Assembly (NCBI GenBank): GCA_938084645.1
Contig: CALKEP010000056.1
Span: forward strand, 1 to 64,000
From: an uncultured Phycisphaerales bacterium
Lineage (GTDB): Bacteria > Planctomycetota > Phycisphaerae > Phycisphaerales > SM1A02
Direction: 5' to 3'
DNA length: 64,000 bases
Shown: piece by piece, positions 18,700 through 29,764 of the stretch
How positions within the stretch are numbered: position 1 is the first letter of the stretch
Layout: every line of letters starts with the position of its first letter
Notes under the pieces: generated by a model
Told to the model about the DNA's origin: nothing
What the model saw: only the letters and a program-made list of their open reading frames with translations
The model's database searches: none
Program-made: the position numbers and the translations under genes

Positions 18700-19335
18700 T
18701 CAGGCAGGCCCGATGAGGCCTTGAACCCGAAGCAATTCGACGACCGATTCCGCAGATGCCTCGACGGACGATGACGCCGTGGGAAGCACCAGCTCCGGTC
18801 GATCCGGTGATTCGTAGGGCTGGTCGATTCCCGTGAAACCGCGGATTTCGCCCGCCCGCGCCTTCCGATAGAGACCTTTCGGGTCTCGTTGTTCGGCGAC
18901 TTCGATCGGTACCTCGACGTAGACCTCGAGAAACGGCATGCCCGCCGCGACATGCATGTCCCGAACCGATTCCCGATCCGCACGGAACGGGCTCACGAAA
19001 CTCGCGAGGACGATCACCCCGGCATCCACGAGAAGTCGACACACCTCGCCGGTGCGACGGATGTTCTCGGTGCGATCGGACTCCGTGAATCCGAGATCCC
19101 CGTTCAGACCGTGCCGGAGATTGTCCCCGTCAAGCCGATAACAGAGTCGCCCGGCGGTGGCGAGCCGCCGTTCGACCTCGACCGCGATGGTGCTCTTGCC
19201 GCTTCCCGAGAGGCCGGTGAACCAGACCGTCCCGGCCCGCTGACCGAGCATCGCCTCTCGTTCGGTCCGGCCCACCTCGCCGGAGTGCCAGACCACGTTC
19301 TCACTGGAGGATCCCTCGCCGTCGGTCTTGGACAA
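18700..19335 (-). CDS. cysC: Adenylyl-sulfate kinase
   Basis: WFTGLSGSGKST, LDGDNLRHGLN, DPKGLY, FTGID; AGGAG SD before TTG start. Confidence 0.95.
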   Translation of the reverse strand: MSKTDGEGSSSENVVWHSGEVGRTEREAMLGQRAGTVWFTGLSGSGKSTIAVEVERRLATAGRLCYRLDGDNLRHGLNGDLGFTESDRTENIRRTGEVCRLLVDAGVIVLASFVSPFRADRESVRDMHVAAGMPFLEVYVEVPIEVAEQRDPKGLYRKARAGEIRGFTGIDQPYESPDRPELVLPTASSSVEASAESVVELLRVQGLIGPA

Positions 19336-19442
19336 TGTTCGACTCCTGACTCAATTTCCGATGCGATCGACTCGATTCTCCCGATCGTAGCCGGTTTTCG
19401 CGTTCCAACGATTCAGTCACTCCTGCTAGTCTCCCCGAACCG

Positions 19443-20357
19443 ATGCACCGCGTCCAAGACCAACTCTCCCACCTGCAGTCGCTCGAGGCCGAATCGATCG
19501 ACATCCTTCGCGAGGTCGCCTCGAGTTTCCAGCGGCCCGTGATGATGTACTCGATCGGCAAGGACTCGAGCGTGATGCTGCATCTCGCCCGCAAGGCCTT
19601 CGCACCAGGGCCGATTCCGTTTCCGATGCTCCACGTGGACACCACGTGGAAGTTCCGGGAGATGATCGCCTTCCGTGACAAGGTCGCGGCGGATCTGGGT
19701 CTCGACCTCATCGTCCACTCCAATCAGGAAGGGATCGCCGAAGGCATGAGCCCCTTCGTGCACGGCAGTCGCGTCTACACCGACGTGATGAAGACACAAG
19801 CATTGAAGCAGGCCCTCTCCGCGGGACGCTTCGACTGCGCGATCGGCGGCGCCCGTCGCGACGAGGAGAAGAGCCGCGCGAAGGAGCGGGTCTTCAGCTT
19901 CCGGGATCGAAACCACCGCTGGGATCCCAAGACGCAGCGGCCGGAGCTCTGGAATCTCTGGAACACCCGGATCGGCCCCGGCGAGAGCGTCCGGGCGTTT
20001 CCGCTCTCGAATTGGACCGAGCTCGACGTCTGGACCTACATCCACCTGGAGAAGATCGACGTCGTCCCCCTCTACCTCGCGGCCGAGCGCCCGATCGTGG
20101 AACGCGATGGGGCGCTGATCATGGTCGACGACGACCGAATCCCCCTCGAACCGGGCGAGACTCCTGAAATGCGGAGCGTGCGGTTCCGGACCCTCGGTTG
20201 CTATCCGCTGACCGGCGCCGTCGAGAGCGACGCCTCCACGCTGTCCGAAGTCATCACCGAAATGCTCGTGGCCCGGACCAGCGAACGCCAGGGACGCGTG
20301 ATCGACCACGATGGTGACGGCAGCATGGAAGACAAGAAGAAGGAGGGTTACTTCTGA
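19443..20357 (+). CDS. cysD: Sulfate adenylyltransferase subunit 2
   Basis: [42 protein letters not shown] end. Confidence 0.97.
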   Translation: MHRVQDQLSHLQSLEAESIDILREVASSFQRPVMMYSIGKDSSVMLHLARKAFAPGPIPFPMLHVDTTWKFREMIAFRDKVAADLGLDLIVHSNQEGIAEGMSPFVHGSRVYTDVMKTQALKQALSAGRFDCAIGGARRDEEKSRAKERVFSFRDRNHRWDPKTQRPELWNLWNTRIGPGESVRAFPLSNWTELDVWTYIHLEKIDVVPLYLAAERPIVERDGALIMVDDDRIPLEPGETPEMRSVRFRTLGCYPLTGAVESDASTLSEVITEMLVARTSERQGRVIDHDGDGSMEDKKKEGYF

Positions 20358-22285
20358 TGGACCCTCGCTTCGACGCAACCTCCGACAACATCGAGGAGTA
20401 CCTCGCCCGACACGAGCAGAAGCAGCTCCTTCGCTTCCTCACCTGCGGCAGCGTGGACGACGGCAAGAGCACCCTCATCGGGCGACTGCTGCACGACACC
20501 AAGGGCATCTACGAGGACCAGCTCGCCGCGGTCGAGGGTGCCTCCAAGAAGTACGGAACCCAGTCCGGCCAGGCGGACCTCGCCCTGCTCGTCGACGGCC
20601 TCCGCAGTGAACGCGAACAGGGCATCACGATCGACGTGGCCTACCGGTACTTCTCGACGGAACACCGGAAGTTCATCGTCGCGGACACGCCCGGACACGA
20701 GCAGTACACCCGGAACATGGCGACCGGCGCCAGCACCTGCGACCTCGCGGTGCTGCTCGTCGATGCCCGCCACGGCGTGAGCGTCCAGACCCGACGCCAC
20801 TGCGTGATCACCTCACTGCTCGGCATTCCGAAGATCGTCATCGCGGTCAACAAGATGGACATCGCGGGCTGGGATCAGTCGGTCTACGACGCGATTTGCG
20901 AGGACTTCAAGACGTTCTCGAACAAGTTGCCGACGAGGGAACAGCACTTCATCCCGATGTCGGCCCTCGAAGGCGACTACGTGGCGGAGGCCTCGACCAA
21001 GGCGCCTTACTACGAAGGCCCCTCGCTGCTCGAGCTGCTTGAGACGATCGACATCGGCGCCCGGGAACAGGAGACACCGTTCCGGATGCCCGTCAATCAC
21101 GTCATCAGGCCCGATCTCGATTTCCGTGGATTTGGTGGACGCATCGAGTCCGGCGTGGTTCGTCCCGGTGACCGCGTGACGGTGCTTCCGGCAGGCACCG
21201 AGAGCAAGGTCAAGCGAATCTCGACCTTCGACGGCGACCTGGACATCGCCGGTGCCCCTCGGAGCGTCGCCATCGTCCTCGAAGACGAAGTCGATGCCAG
21301 CCGCGGCGACATGATCGTGGCCAGCGAGCACGTTCCCACGACCTCGGACCGGATCGCCGCCGACCTGGTCTGGATGCACGAAGACGAGCTTCACCCGGGA
21401 CGGGAGTTCATCCTGCGACACGGCACCCGGGTCACCCCGTGTCGCGTGCGTCGGATCATCCACCGACTCGACGTGGACACCCTGGAGAACACGCAGTCGG
21501 ACTCGCTCGCCCTCAATGAGATCGGGCGGGTCGAGATCGAAACCGACTCGCCGCTGGTCTTCGATCCCTATGAGGCGATTCGGGGCACCGGGAGCCTGAT
21601 TCTGGTCGATCGGATCGGGAACTGGACCATGGCCGCCGGCATGATCCGGGGGAAGGCCGCCGAGGCTCGCTGGAGCGCCAGGCCGATCTCGGGTGCGGAC
21701 CGCATCGGCGAGGAGGGACTGGTCTCCGCCGACGAGCGGGCGGCCCGGTTCGGCCAGAAGCCCGCGACCATTCTCCTGACCGGACTTGCGGGCAGTGGCA
21801 AGACCAGGATCGCGGCCATGCTCGAACGCGCCCTCTTCGACCTGGGACGGGTCGCGATCCGCCTCGACGGCACCACCATGCGGAAGGGGTTGAATCGCGA
21901 TCTCGGCTTCTCCGCGTCGGATCGATCGGAGAATCTTCGCCGGTCGATGGAGGCTGCGAAGCTCATCAACGACGAGGGGATCATCTGCGTCGCTGCATTC
22001 GTCGCACCACAGGCCGGGAACCGGGAACAGGCGAAGGAACTCGTCGGGGACGACCGATTCCTCGTGGTCCATTGCTCGGCACCGCTCGAGGTTTGCCGGT
22101 CGAAGGATCCCACCGGACTCTACGCACACGCCGCCGAACGCAATCTCGACGGGATTCCCGGGATCTCCTTCGACTACGAGGTGCCCGAGCATCCGGATCT
22201 CGCGCTCCCGACGCATCAGATCGATCCCGAAGAGGCCGTGAACCGGATCCTCGCCCTGCTCGACGAGCGAGGCTTCCTTCGCTGA
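20357..22285 (+). CDS. cysN: Sulfate adenylyltransferase subunit 1 fused to an APS-kinase-like domain (CysNC)
   Basis: CGSVDDGKST, QGITIDVAY, DTPGH, NKMD; C-terminal TGLAGSGKT. Confidence 0.95.
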   Translation: MDPRFDATSDNIEEYLARHEQKQLLRFLTCGSVDDGKSTLIGRLLHDTKGIYEDQLAAVEGASKKYGTQSGQADLALLVDGLRSEREQGITIDVAYRYFSTEHRKFIVADTPGHEQYTRNMATGASTCDLAVLLVDARHGVSVQTRRHCVITSLLGIPKIVIAVNKMDIAGWDQSVYDAICEDFKTFSNKLPTREQHFIPMSALEGDYVAEASTKAPYYEGPSLLELLETIDIGAREQETPFRMPVNHVIRPDLDFRGFGGRIESGVVRPGDRVTVLPAGTESKVKRISTFDGDLDIAGAPRSVAIVLEDEVDASRGDMIVASEHVPTTSDRIAADLVWMHEDELHPGREFILRHGTRVTPCRVRRIIHRLDVDTLENTQSDSLALNEIGRVEIETDSPLVFDPYEAIRGTGSLILVDRIGNWTMAAGMIRGKAAEARWSARPISGADRIGEEGLVSADERAARFGQKPATILLTGLAGSGKTRIAAMLERALFDLGRVAIRLDGTTMRKGLNRDLGFSASDRSENLRRSMEAAKLINDEGIICVAAFVAPQAGNREQAKELVGDDRFLVVHCSAPLEVCRSKDPTGLYAHAAERNLDGIPGISFDYEVPEHPDLALPTHQIDPEEAVNRILALLDERGFLR

Positions 22286-22420
22286 ACCGGGCGAACGCTT
22301 GGTGAGCAGCCCCCGATCGCCTAGCGCGGAATCCGCGCCGGACCTGATTCCCCTCCGACGATCCGGATTCGTTCGTCGCCGCCGTTCAGGATCCGAGCCA
22401 GATCCCTATCATCGTCGGCC

Positions 22421-23656
22421 ATGGCATCGGTCAGCTTCTACTTCCAGGTCCATCAGCCCTTCCGTCTCCGTCGGTACTCCGTCTTCGACACGGATCCGTT
22501 CTACTTCGACGAGACGTCGAATCGCGAGATCATGCTCAAGGTCGCGGACAAGTGCTATCGCCCCGCCACCCGGAAGATCCTCGATCTCGTCCGCCGGCAC
22601 GAGGGACGGTTCCGGGTCAGCTACGCGATCAGCGGCGTCTGCCTCGAGCAGTTCGAGAAGTGGGCTCCCGACGTCATCGACCTCTTCAAGGAACTTGCCG
22701 ACACCGGCGCCTGCGAGTTCATCGGTGAGACGAGCCACCATTCCCCGAGCTTCCTGTTCAGCCGCGACGAGTTCGATCGCCAGGTCGACGCCCATCGCGA
22801 CAAGATCCGGGAACTCTTCGGCCAGACGCCCTCGGTCTTCCGAAACACCGAGCTCATGTACCACGATGACCTGGCGTGGCACATCGCCAAACGAGGCGAG
22901 CATCGGGCCATTCTCTGCGAAGGGGTGGACCGACTGCTCAAGTTCCGGTCGCCGAACTACGTCTACGCGCCGCCTCGCTTCGAGGGGCAGCCCGAGTCGC
23001 TCGACGAACGTCCCGTCCGACTCCTGCTGAAGAACTACCAGCTCTCCGACGACATCGCCTTTCGATTCGGCAATCGCGAGTGGAAGGAATGGCCGCTCAG
23101 CGCAGAACGGTTCGCCTCCTGGGTGAACGACATCAACGGCGACGGCTACGTCTGCAATCTCTTCATGGACTACGAGACCCTCGGCGAACACCAGTGGGCC
23201 GACACCGGGATCTTCGAGTTCCTCGACGCGCTTCCCGAGAAGATCTTCGACGTCAATCCGGGACACAACGACTTCCTGACGCCCTCGCAGGTGCTCGACT
23301 GCCACGCCCCGATCGGGGAGTACGCGGCCCCGAACTGGATCTCGTGGGCGGATACCGAACGCGACCTGTCGGCCTGGCTCGGCAATCCGCTCCAGGACAA
23401 TGCGGTCGAAGAGCTCTACTCGATCCGGGATGCCGTCTACGAACGCGATGGGAATCCGCGGGCCGGAAACGAAAGCGACCGCTTCGTCCTCGAGGACTGG
23501 CGGAAGCTGACCACCAGCGACCATCTCTACTACATGTGCACCAAGTTCTGGTCCGACGGGGACGTCCACAAGTACTTCAGTCCCTACGACAGTCCGTACG
23601 ACGCCTACATCAACTTCATGAACGTCCTGGACAACATGAAGAGTCGCGTCGACTGA
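22421..23656 (+). CDS. Glycoside hydrolase family 57 (alpha-amylase-like)
   Basis: FQVHQP, FRNTEL, FMDYETLGEHQW, SDHLYYMCTK, SPYDAYINFMN. Confidence 0.92.
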   Translation: MASVSFYFQVHQPFRLRRYSVFDTDPFYFDETSNREIMLKVADKCYRPATRKILDLVRRHEGRFRVSYAISGVCLEQFEKWAPDVIDLFKELADTGACEFIGETSHHSPSFLFSRDEFDRQVDAHRDKIRELFGQTPSVFRNTELMYHDDLAWHIAKRGEHRAILCEGVDRLLKFRSPNYVYAPPRFEGQPESLDERPVRLLLKNYQLSDDIAFRFGNREWKEWPLSAERFASWVNDINGDGYVCNLFMDYETLGEHQWADTGIFEFLDALPEKIFDVNPGHNDFLTPSQVLDCHAPIGEYAAPNWISWADTERDLSAWLGNPLQDNAVEELYSIRDAVYERDGNPRAGNESDRFVLEDWRKLTTSDHLYYMCTKFWSDGDVHKYFSPYDSPYDAYINFMNVLDNMKSRVD

Positions 23657-23686
23657 CCGGACCCGCCGAGACGCATCGCGCCTCGT

Positions 23687-26401
23687 TCAGGAACCGCCGC
23701 CGAGCTGAAGCTCCTGCTCGTTGCGGGCCTCGGTCGTGATGATCGAGTTCCTGACGGATTCCGCCGCTCGGGAGAGGGCGGGGTCGTTCAGTCCGGCCGC
23801 GACGGTGATCGCTCTCGAAGACGGCGAATTCGCGAAACGCGTCATCACCATCAGGAGCACCCGAGGATCCCGACCGCTCACCGCGACTTCGAGCAGCGGC
23901 TCGAGCACCGAGATCGTGGACCGCGTGCCCGTCTCGTTGTTCGTGAGCACCCCGAGGAACCAGGCCTGCGCCGCGGGGGGGAGTTTCGAGAAACCCTCCG
24001 TGAGCGGATCGAGGAACGTCGCGAACAGCTCGGGGCGGATGTTGGAACGCTCCGAGATGTAGAGGCGGAGAATCTCGTCGAATCCGACCGCGACCGACTT
24101 GAGATCCTCCACCGACTCGATCGATCGATACGCCGCAGCGATCTGCCCGGGATCGATCTCACCGCCGCCCAGGGAAGGCGTCGCACGCTGCTTCCGGATG
24201 AAGAAGTCGACGGAATTCGCTTCACGGCCGAAGACCCGGGTGTCGACCGCAACCTCCGACCGAGGACGGTAGTTGGTCGCGGCACGGATCGCGAGACCTC
24301 CACCCTTGACCGCGGCCCGATCGAAGAGCTCGACCATCCAGGTCGCGGAAAGGTCGTACGTGCAGCTGAACGAACCCTGTGCGGGGATGTTCAATCGACG
24401 ATGCAGCGACCGAATCAACTGCCGTCCGCTCGAGAGCGACTCCAGTCCGGGGACCGTCACTCGAATCGGGAGCAACGCGATTCTCGGGTCGATCGGACCA
24501 CCCTCCTCGATTGCGAGATCCAGGCCGGTCATGTTGGTGATCTTCACGTCCACGAGCACGGAGTCGAACGGCTCGAATCGGGAGGTTCGCGGCGAGACCT
24601 CGATCGCGATGGCGCCGTTCACGTCATCCCGCAAGGCGGCGGCGACCGCGGCGGGGAGCGTCTCCTTGATTCGTTCGTCGAGCGGTGGCCCGGTGGGTGG
24701 CTCCGGCACCGTGTCGAGCCCGAGAATGCGTCCCAGTCGGCCCCGGCACCAGAGTCCGACCAACTCGCCGGGGCGGCCGTAGTAGACGTCTCGATACCCC
24801 GCCGCGGCTTCCTTGACGCGTCCCTCCAGCTCATTGAGCAGCGCGACGCCGGCCGCGGCATAGACGGAAACCGCCTGATCCGGCTCGAGCAACGTCCGGG
24901 CCTTCTCGTACGCCTCGTCGGAGATCGCCATCCAACCCCGGATCACCGCCGCCTGCGATTCCGTGAGTGCCTGCCAGCCTTCGAAATCGTCTTCGACGGT
25001 ATCACCCACCGGCGTGGTGGCGGCCTCGATCAGTTGTTCGAGCGTCGGCCGGGGCGCCTGCAACTCGTCGGCCAGAGGCTCGGGTCGCCACCCGAACCAG
25101 GCGCGGGCCCAGGCTTCGTCCGCCAGAAGGCCCGCTCGGATCATGTCGAAGCGGACGTTCGCATTCCGGATCTCCCGATCGGCACGATCCTCGAAGTCGG
25201 GATCGAGCCCGGAACCGGACGACAGCCTCGCCTCGTCGAATCTCGCCTGCCATCGCCTTCGATCGATCTCGTTGCGTCGCAGGGCGAAGTCGAAGGACCT
25301 GAACAACGTCGTGATCAGTTCGGATCGGGATGCCTCGGGATCGTTCTGGAGCTTGATCACGGTGGCGAGCAGGACCAGGTCCGGCGCCGGACCGGTGAAA
25401 CTGGCATCAGCCTTCGTCTTTTCGGGATCGTCCTCGCCGCTGGTGAGACTCTGTTGCCAGGCCGTCCGCTCCGAGGCTTGCAATGAATCGAGGACCCGAA
25501 GGGCGTCGGCTGGTCGCCCGGCGCCCCACAGCGTCAGCGCGAAATCCATGGTCAGATCACGCAGGAACCGCTCTTGCTTGGAGAGTCGGATCGCGGACGG
25601 ATACAAGGAGGCGCCCGCGGCGTATGCGCCACGCTGCAGCGCGAGCGACGCCAGGGAACGGATCGTGACGCCATCGGTGGGATTCGCGGTGAATGCAGTC
25701 GCAAGAAGTCCCGCTTCGTCGACGGGATCGGCCAGGTTGCCCTCCGCCAGCGCGACGAGGCGATCGATCGCCATCGGGAAGGTGGGGTCGAGCGAGACCG
25801 CCTGGGTCAGGTGACTGATGCTGTCGTCCGCTCGGCCGGCCATCGCCTCATAGGTCGCGAGATCGAGCGCGACTCGAGCGGCCGCGGGGCGGCCGAGACG
25901 TTCGATGTTCTCCGGCGTCAACAACGCCTTGCATCCGTCGATCCTCGCCGTGAGCGTGTCCCGCGACTCGATCAGGCTCATGAGCAGGGCGAGACGCATC
26001 GTCGCGTCGTCGGGATCGAGACGCACGATCGCTTCGATCGCCTCGGCGCGAGCCGCCTCGGCCTCGGGAAAGTCGTCAAGCACGTTGGTGGAGAGCTCGA
26101 AGAGCCAGCGCCATGCGGGCAGACTGTTCGGGTCCGCCTTCGTCGCCGCGGCCGCGAGTTCGTACGCGGTCCGCAGTTGATCGACCGTGAGATCCGGCCT
26201 GAGGGTGAATGACGAGGAGAGCGCGGCGAACCTGGCCGCGAGCCGCGTGCTCGCCCAGGTCTCGATCGACGCCTCGTCCATCGCCGGCCCCTGGGCCATT
26301 GCCCTGGGCGTGACGATCGGAAGCACCAGCAGCATCACCAGCAATCGAGCAACGGCTCCACCGGTCCACCCCGAAGGGACTGGAATCGAATCACGCATCA
26401 T
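23687..26401 (-). CDS. Large exported hypothetical protein with TPR-like helical repeats
   Basis: Signal-like hydrophobic stretch ending AMA|Q; repeated A...DP helix ends (AIVRLDP, AVSLDP, AFTANP); start inferred from GAGGT SD. Confidence 0.65.
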   Translation of the reverse strand: MMRDSIPVPSGWTGGAVARLLVMLLVLPIVTPRAMAQGPAMDEASIETWASTRLAARFAALSSSFTLRPDLTVDQLRTAYELAAAATKADPNSLPAWRWLFELSTNVLDDFPEAEAARAEAIEAIVRLDPDDATMRLALLMSLIESRDTLTARIDGCKALLTPENIERLGRPAAARVALDLATYEAMAGRADDSISHLTQAVSLDPTFPMAIDRLVALAEGNLADPVDEAGLLATAFTANPTDGVTIRSLASLALQRGAYAAGASLYPSAIRLSKQERFLRDLTMDFALTLWGAGRPADALRVLDSLQASERTAWQQSLTSGEDDPEKTKADASFTGPAPDLVLLATVIKLQNDPEASRSELITTLFRSFDFALRRNEIDRRRWQARFDEARLSSGSGLDPDFEDRADREIRNANVRFDMIRAGLLADEAWARAWFGWRPEPLADELQAPRPTLEQLIEAATTPVGDTVEDDFEGWQALTESQAAVIRGWMAISDEAYEKARTLLEPDQAVSVYAAAGVALLNELEGRVKEAAAGYRDVYYGRPGELVGLWCRGRLGRILGLDTVPEPPTGPPLDERIKETLPAAVAAALRDDVNGAIAIEVSPRTSRFEPFDSVLVDVKITNMTGLDLAIEEGGPIDPRIALLPIRVTVPGLESLSSGRQLIRSLHRRLNIPAQGSFSCTYDLSATWMVELFDRAAVKGGGLAIRAATNYRPRSEVAVDTRVFGREANSVDFFIRKQRATPSLGGGEIDPGQIAAAYRSIESVEDLKSVAVGFDEILRLYISERSNIRPELFATFLDPLTEGFSKLPPAAQAWFLGVLTNNETGTRSTISVLEPLLEVAVSGRDPRVLLMVMTRFANSPSSRAITVAAGLNDPALSRAAESVRNSIITTEARNEQELQLGGGS

Positions 26402-26718
26402 GGACCTCGAGCCCCGTATTTCGGACCTGGATCGTTCACTGCGGCCGGAGACACCCCGGCCTTCCGGACGATCCCGGGCGGCCTCCAACCGGGCGATGGG
26501 GGCATCGCCGCTCGAAAACAAGCCCTCGCGTCGGTCGGTGACCTCCGAGTGTACCCCCCCGGACGCCGATGCCGTTGACGGTCCATCGGACGGTGCGGTA
26601 CCGTTTCCAGTTCCGATCCGAGGCCTCGTGCCCTGAATCGCCCTCCTGCCCGGCATCCGGAACCCCGGATCCGGCCGACCACCTCCCTCCGCCTGCATGG
26701 CGGAAGACCGGAATTCAG

Positions 26719-27741
26719 ATGAGGCTTGCACTGCGAATCGCGGCATTGGTTCTTCCTACGGTCCTGGCAACGGGAACGTTCGCCCAGACGACACTGTCTC
26801 AGGACATCGTTGGATCGACCAGACCGCTGTCCCGCGATCAGGAATCGCAGGTCCAATCCTTCGCTTCGGACCAGATGGCCGAGCTCGCCCAGGGCGATCC
26901 GGTCGCCGTCGTCGATGCTCGGAACACGCTCGTGCAGACCGCCCGGCGCGCCGGGGTGACCGGCGTCTTCCTGGGAAGCTTCTCCGATGCCATCATGCCG
27001 GAGGCGAAGAAGATCCTCTCCGAAGCCGGCCCGATGCGGTCGGAGAACACCCTTCGGGTGCTTGCGTTCCTGCGGACCCCCGACGCCCTCGGGACCCTCG
27101 TCGATTCGACGAATCCCCGAACGGTCGACGACGCCGGCCGCCGGCTCGTCGCCGCGGGCCTGCTCGGAGTCGCGCTCGACGGCAACGGACAGACCGGTCT
27201 GGACTCCGGCGTGCTCACGTCGGCCGCGCGATCGATCGCGGAGAACCTCGCGAACGAAGGCAACTGGATCGTCGCACTCGAGGATCTCCGGGCCCTCAAC
27301 ACCATCGCGCTCGACCCCGCCTTGACCAAGGAGAACCGCACCGAGGTTCGCGGCGTCCAGTTCGGTGCCTTCCAGAATCTCGCGGTTCGGATCGAAGCCT
27401 CCCCCGGCCCCAGCGAACTCGTTCAGGCCGTCTATCGAGCCATGCTCGGACTCCGCGGCAAGCTGCTCGACGACACCACCGCCGGCGACGTCGAGAACAA
27501 GGAGATCGCCCGTATTCTGCGAATCGTCCTCAAGGACGTCGCGGATGCCGCGATCAAGCAGTGGAACGGTCTGACCTCGGACCGACGAGCCTACGTGGCC
27601 TATGAAGGCGTTCTCCGAGTGGGAGCGCAACTCCTCTCGCTGCTCGAGGGTCGACCGGATTCGAAAGCGGACGCGCTCCGCGACGGGATCGAGCAGGGCA
27701 AGTCGGAACTGGCCGACGCCATCCGGAACTTCGGCGGCTGA
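26719..27741 (+). CDS. Exported helical hypothetical protein
   Basis: Signal peptide MRLALRIAALVLPTVLATGTFA|Q; coding-like codon bias. Confidence 0.65.
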   Translation: MRLALRIAALVLPTVLATGTFAQTTLSQDIVGSTRPLSRDQESQVQSFASDQMAELAQGDPVAVVDARNTLVQTARRAGVTGVFLGSFSDAIMPEAKKILSEAGPMRSENTLRVLAFLRTPDALGTLVDSTNPRTVDDAGRRLVAAGLLGVALDGNGQTGLDSGVLTSAARSIAENLANEGNWIVALEDLRALNTIALDPALTKENRTEVRGVQFGAFQNLAVRIEASPGPSELVQAVYRAMLGLRGKLLDDTTAGDVENKEIARILRIVLKDVADAAIKQWNGLTSDRRAYVAYEGVLRVGAQLLSLLEGRPDSKADALRDGIEQGKSELADAIRNFGG

Positions 27742-27825
27742 TCCACCCGAGGGAAACGTCCATCCGCCGCAGATTCGACGGTCCGGCTCCCGGGCCGCCA
27801 CGGTTCGGCGTACCGTTTCCCCAGC

Positions 27826-29727
27826 ATGCTGAAGATCTTCGTTCCCATCCTGGTGCTCGCCTGCCTGATCGCGCTCGTCGTCTCGCTCGATGACGAGCGG
27901 CCGCGGGCGGACGTGGTGCTCGTCCATTCCACCGACCTCTTCACCCTCGATCCGCAGCGGATGAGCTACCTGCACGACCTGCGGGCGTCTCGCGCCATCT
28001 ACGAACCGCTCGCCACCATCCTCCCGGACGGTTCCGTGGGTCCCGCCGCGGCCGAATCCTGGGACGTGTCCGAGGACGCGAGCCGCTACGTCTTCCACCT
28101 GCGTCCCGACCTCCGCTTCAGCAACGGAGACCCCGTCACCGCGGAGGACTTCAAGTACGCCTGGCGCCGCGCGATCCTCCCCGATACCGCGGCGACCTAC
28201 TCGAGCCTCTTCCTCGGCATCGCCGGCGCCCGCGCGTTCTTCGACTGGCGATCGGCCCTGCTCACGCTTCGGGCGTCCCCGGATCGCCGTGACGAACTCG
28301 TCGAATCGGGCGTTCTCTCCGCCGAAGAAGCCGACGCGATCCTCGCCGAGGACGGGGCGTCTTCCTTTCGCCGCACCCTCGATCGCTTCGACGAGATGGT
28401 CGGACTCGACGCGGTCGATCCGCACACCCTCGAAGTCGAACTCCAGGGCCCGCTCCCCTACTTCCTCGACCTCGTCGCCTTCGGAACCTTCAGTCCGGTT
28501 CACCGCCCCACCCTCGAGGCCGCGACCACCATCGACCCCGTCACCGGCCGGATCGAGGAGGATCGATCCTGGACGAAACCCGGCCGATTGATCGGCAACG
28601 GTCCCTTCGAACTCGCACGGTGGCGCTTCCAACGGGACTGCCGCTTCGAAAAGAACCCCTTCTACTGGAATGCCGAGTCGATTCCCGCGGAGAGCATCGA
28701 AGCCGTGGTCATCCAGGATCCCAACACCGCGATTCTGGCGTTCGAAGCAGGCGAGGTCGACTGGATCCCGGACGTCCGAGCCGAGTATCGGGCGGACATG
28801 ATCGCCGAGCGACTCGCCTACGAGGAACGGCACGAGGCGATCCTCGCCGCGACGACCGACGCCGATCTCGATCGAACCCTCGCGACTCTTCCGTCACCCG
28901 AGACCGGGGAACGCCGGAACATCCACACCGTGGATGCCTTCGGCACCGACTTCTTCCATGTGAACTGCCGAGAGCGACTCGCCAACGGAACCCCGAATCC
29001 CCTCGTGGATCCCCGGGTGCGACGAGCCCTCGCGCTCTGCATCGACAAGCCCGCCCTCGTCCAGCGGGTGACCCGACTGAACGAGACGACGAGCGGCGCC
29101 TTCGTCCCGGACGGGAGCATTCCGGGCTACCAGCCGCCGGCGGGCCTTCCCTTCGATCCCGACCGGGGACGCGCGGAACTGGATGCCGCGGGTTGGCGAC
29201 GGGACGATGCAGGCGTGCGTCGCAACGCCGACGGTGATCCGTTCCCCACCCTCGACATCCTGTTCTCGACCGGCAGTCCCCGGTACAAGGATCTCTCGCT
29301 GGCGCTCCGAGACATGTGGCGACGCGAACTTCAGATTCCTGCGGAGATCTCCGGACGCCCGGGCAACGAGTACCGGGCCCAGCTCGAAATGGGGAACTTC
29401 ATGGTCGCCCGCGGGGGCTGGTACGGCGACTACGGCGATCCCACCACGTTCCTCGACCTCAACCACTCCACGGACGGCAACAACCACCGGGGTTACGCGA
29501 GTCCGCGGTACGACGAACTCCTCGCCACCGCGGCGGCGACGCTCGATCCCGACGCGCGATTCCGAATTCTCGAGGAGGCCGAACGGATCCTCGTCGAGGA
29601 GGATCTGCCCATTCTCCCACTCTGCACCTACGTGACGGTGTACATGTACGAGCCGGACCGACTGCTCGGACTGACGCGACATCCCCGGCTGGACCAGCAT
29701 CCGGGCCGATGGTCGGTTCGCCGATGA
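27826..29727 (+). CDS. oppA: Peptide ABC transporter substrate-binding protein (family 5)
   Basis: TLDP, FHLRPDLRFSNGDPVTAEDF, NGPF, DPRVRRAL, GWYGDYGDPTTFL. Confidence 0.88.
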   Translation: MLKIFVPILVLACLIALVVSLDDERPRADVVLVHSTDLFTLDPQRMSYLHDLRASRAIYEPLATILPDGSVGPAAAESWDVSEDASRYVFHLRPDLRFSNGDPVTAEDFKYAWRRAILPDTAATYSSLFLGIAGARAFFDWRSALLTLRASPDRRDELVESGVLSAEEADAILAEDGASSFRRTLDRFDEMVGLDAVDPHTLEVELQGPLPYFLDLVAFGTFSPVHRPTLEAATTIDPVTGRIEEDRSWTKPGRLIGNGPFELARWRFQRDCRFEKNPFYWNAESIPAESIEAVVIQDPNTAILAFEAGEVDWIPDVRAEYRADMIAERLAYEERHEAILAATTDADLDRTLATLPSPETGERRNIHTVDAFGTDFFHVNCRERLANGTPNPLVDPRVRRALALCIDKPALVQRVTRLNETTSGAFVPDGSIPGYQPPAGLPFDPDRGRAELDAAGWRRDDAGVRRNADGDPFPTLDILFSTGSPRYKDLSLALRDMWRRELQIPAEISGRPGNEYRAQLEMGNFMVARGGWYGDYGDPTTFLDLNHSTDGNNHRGYASPRYDELLATAAATLDPDARFRILEEAERILVEEDLPILPLCTYVTVYMYEPDRLLGLTRHPRLDQHPGRWSVRR

Positions 29728-29764
29728 GACGCGATACCGGTACGTCGACATCGAATCTCGCCGC

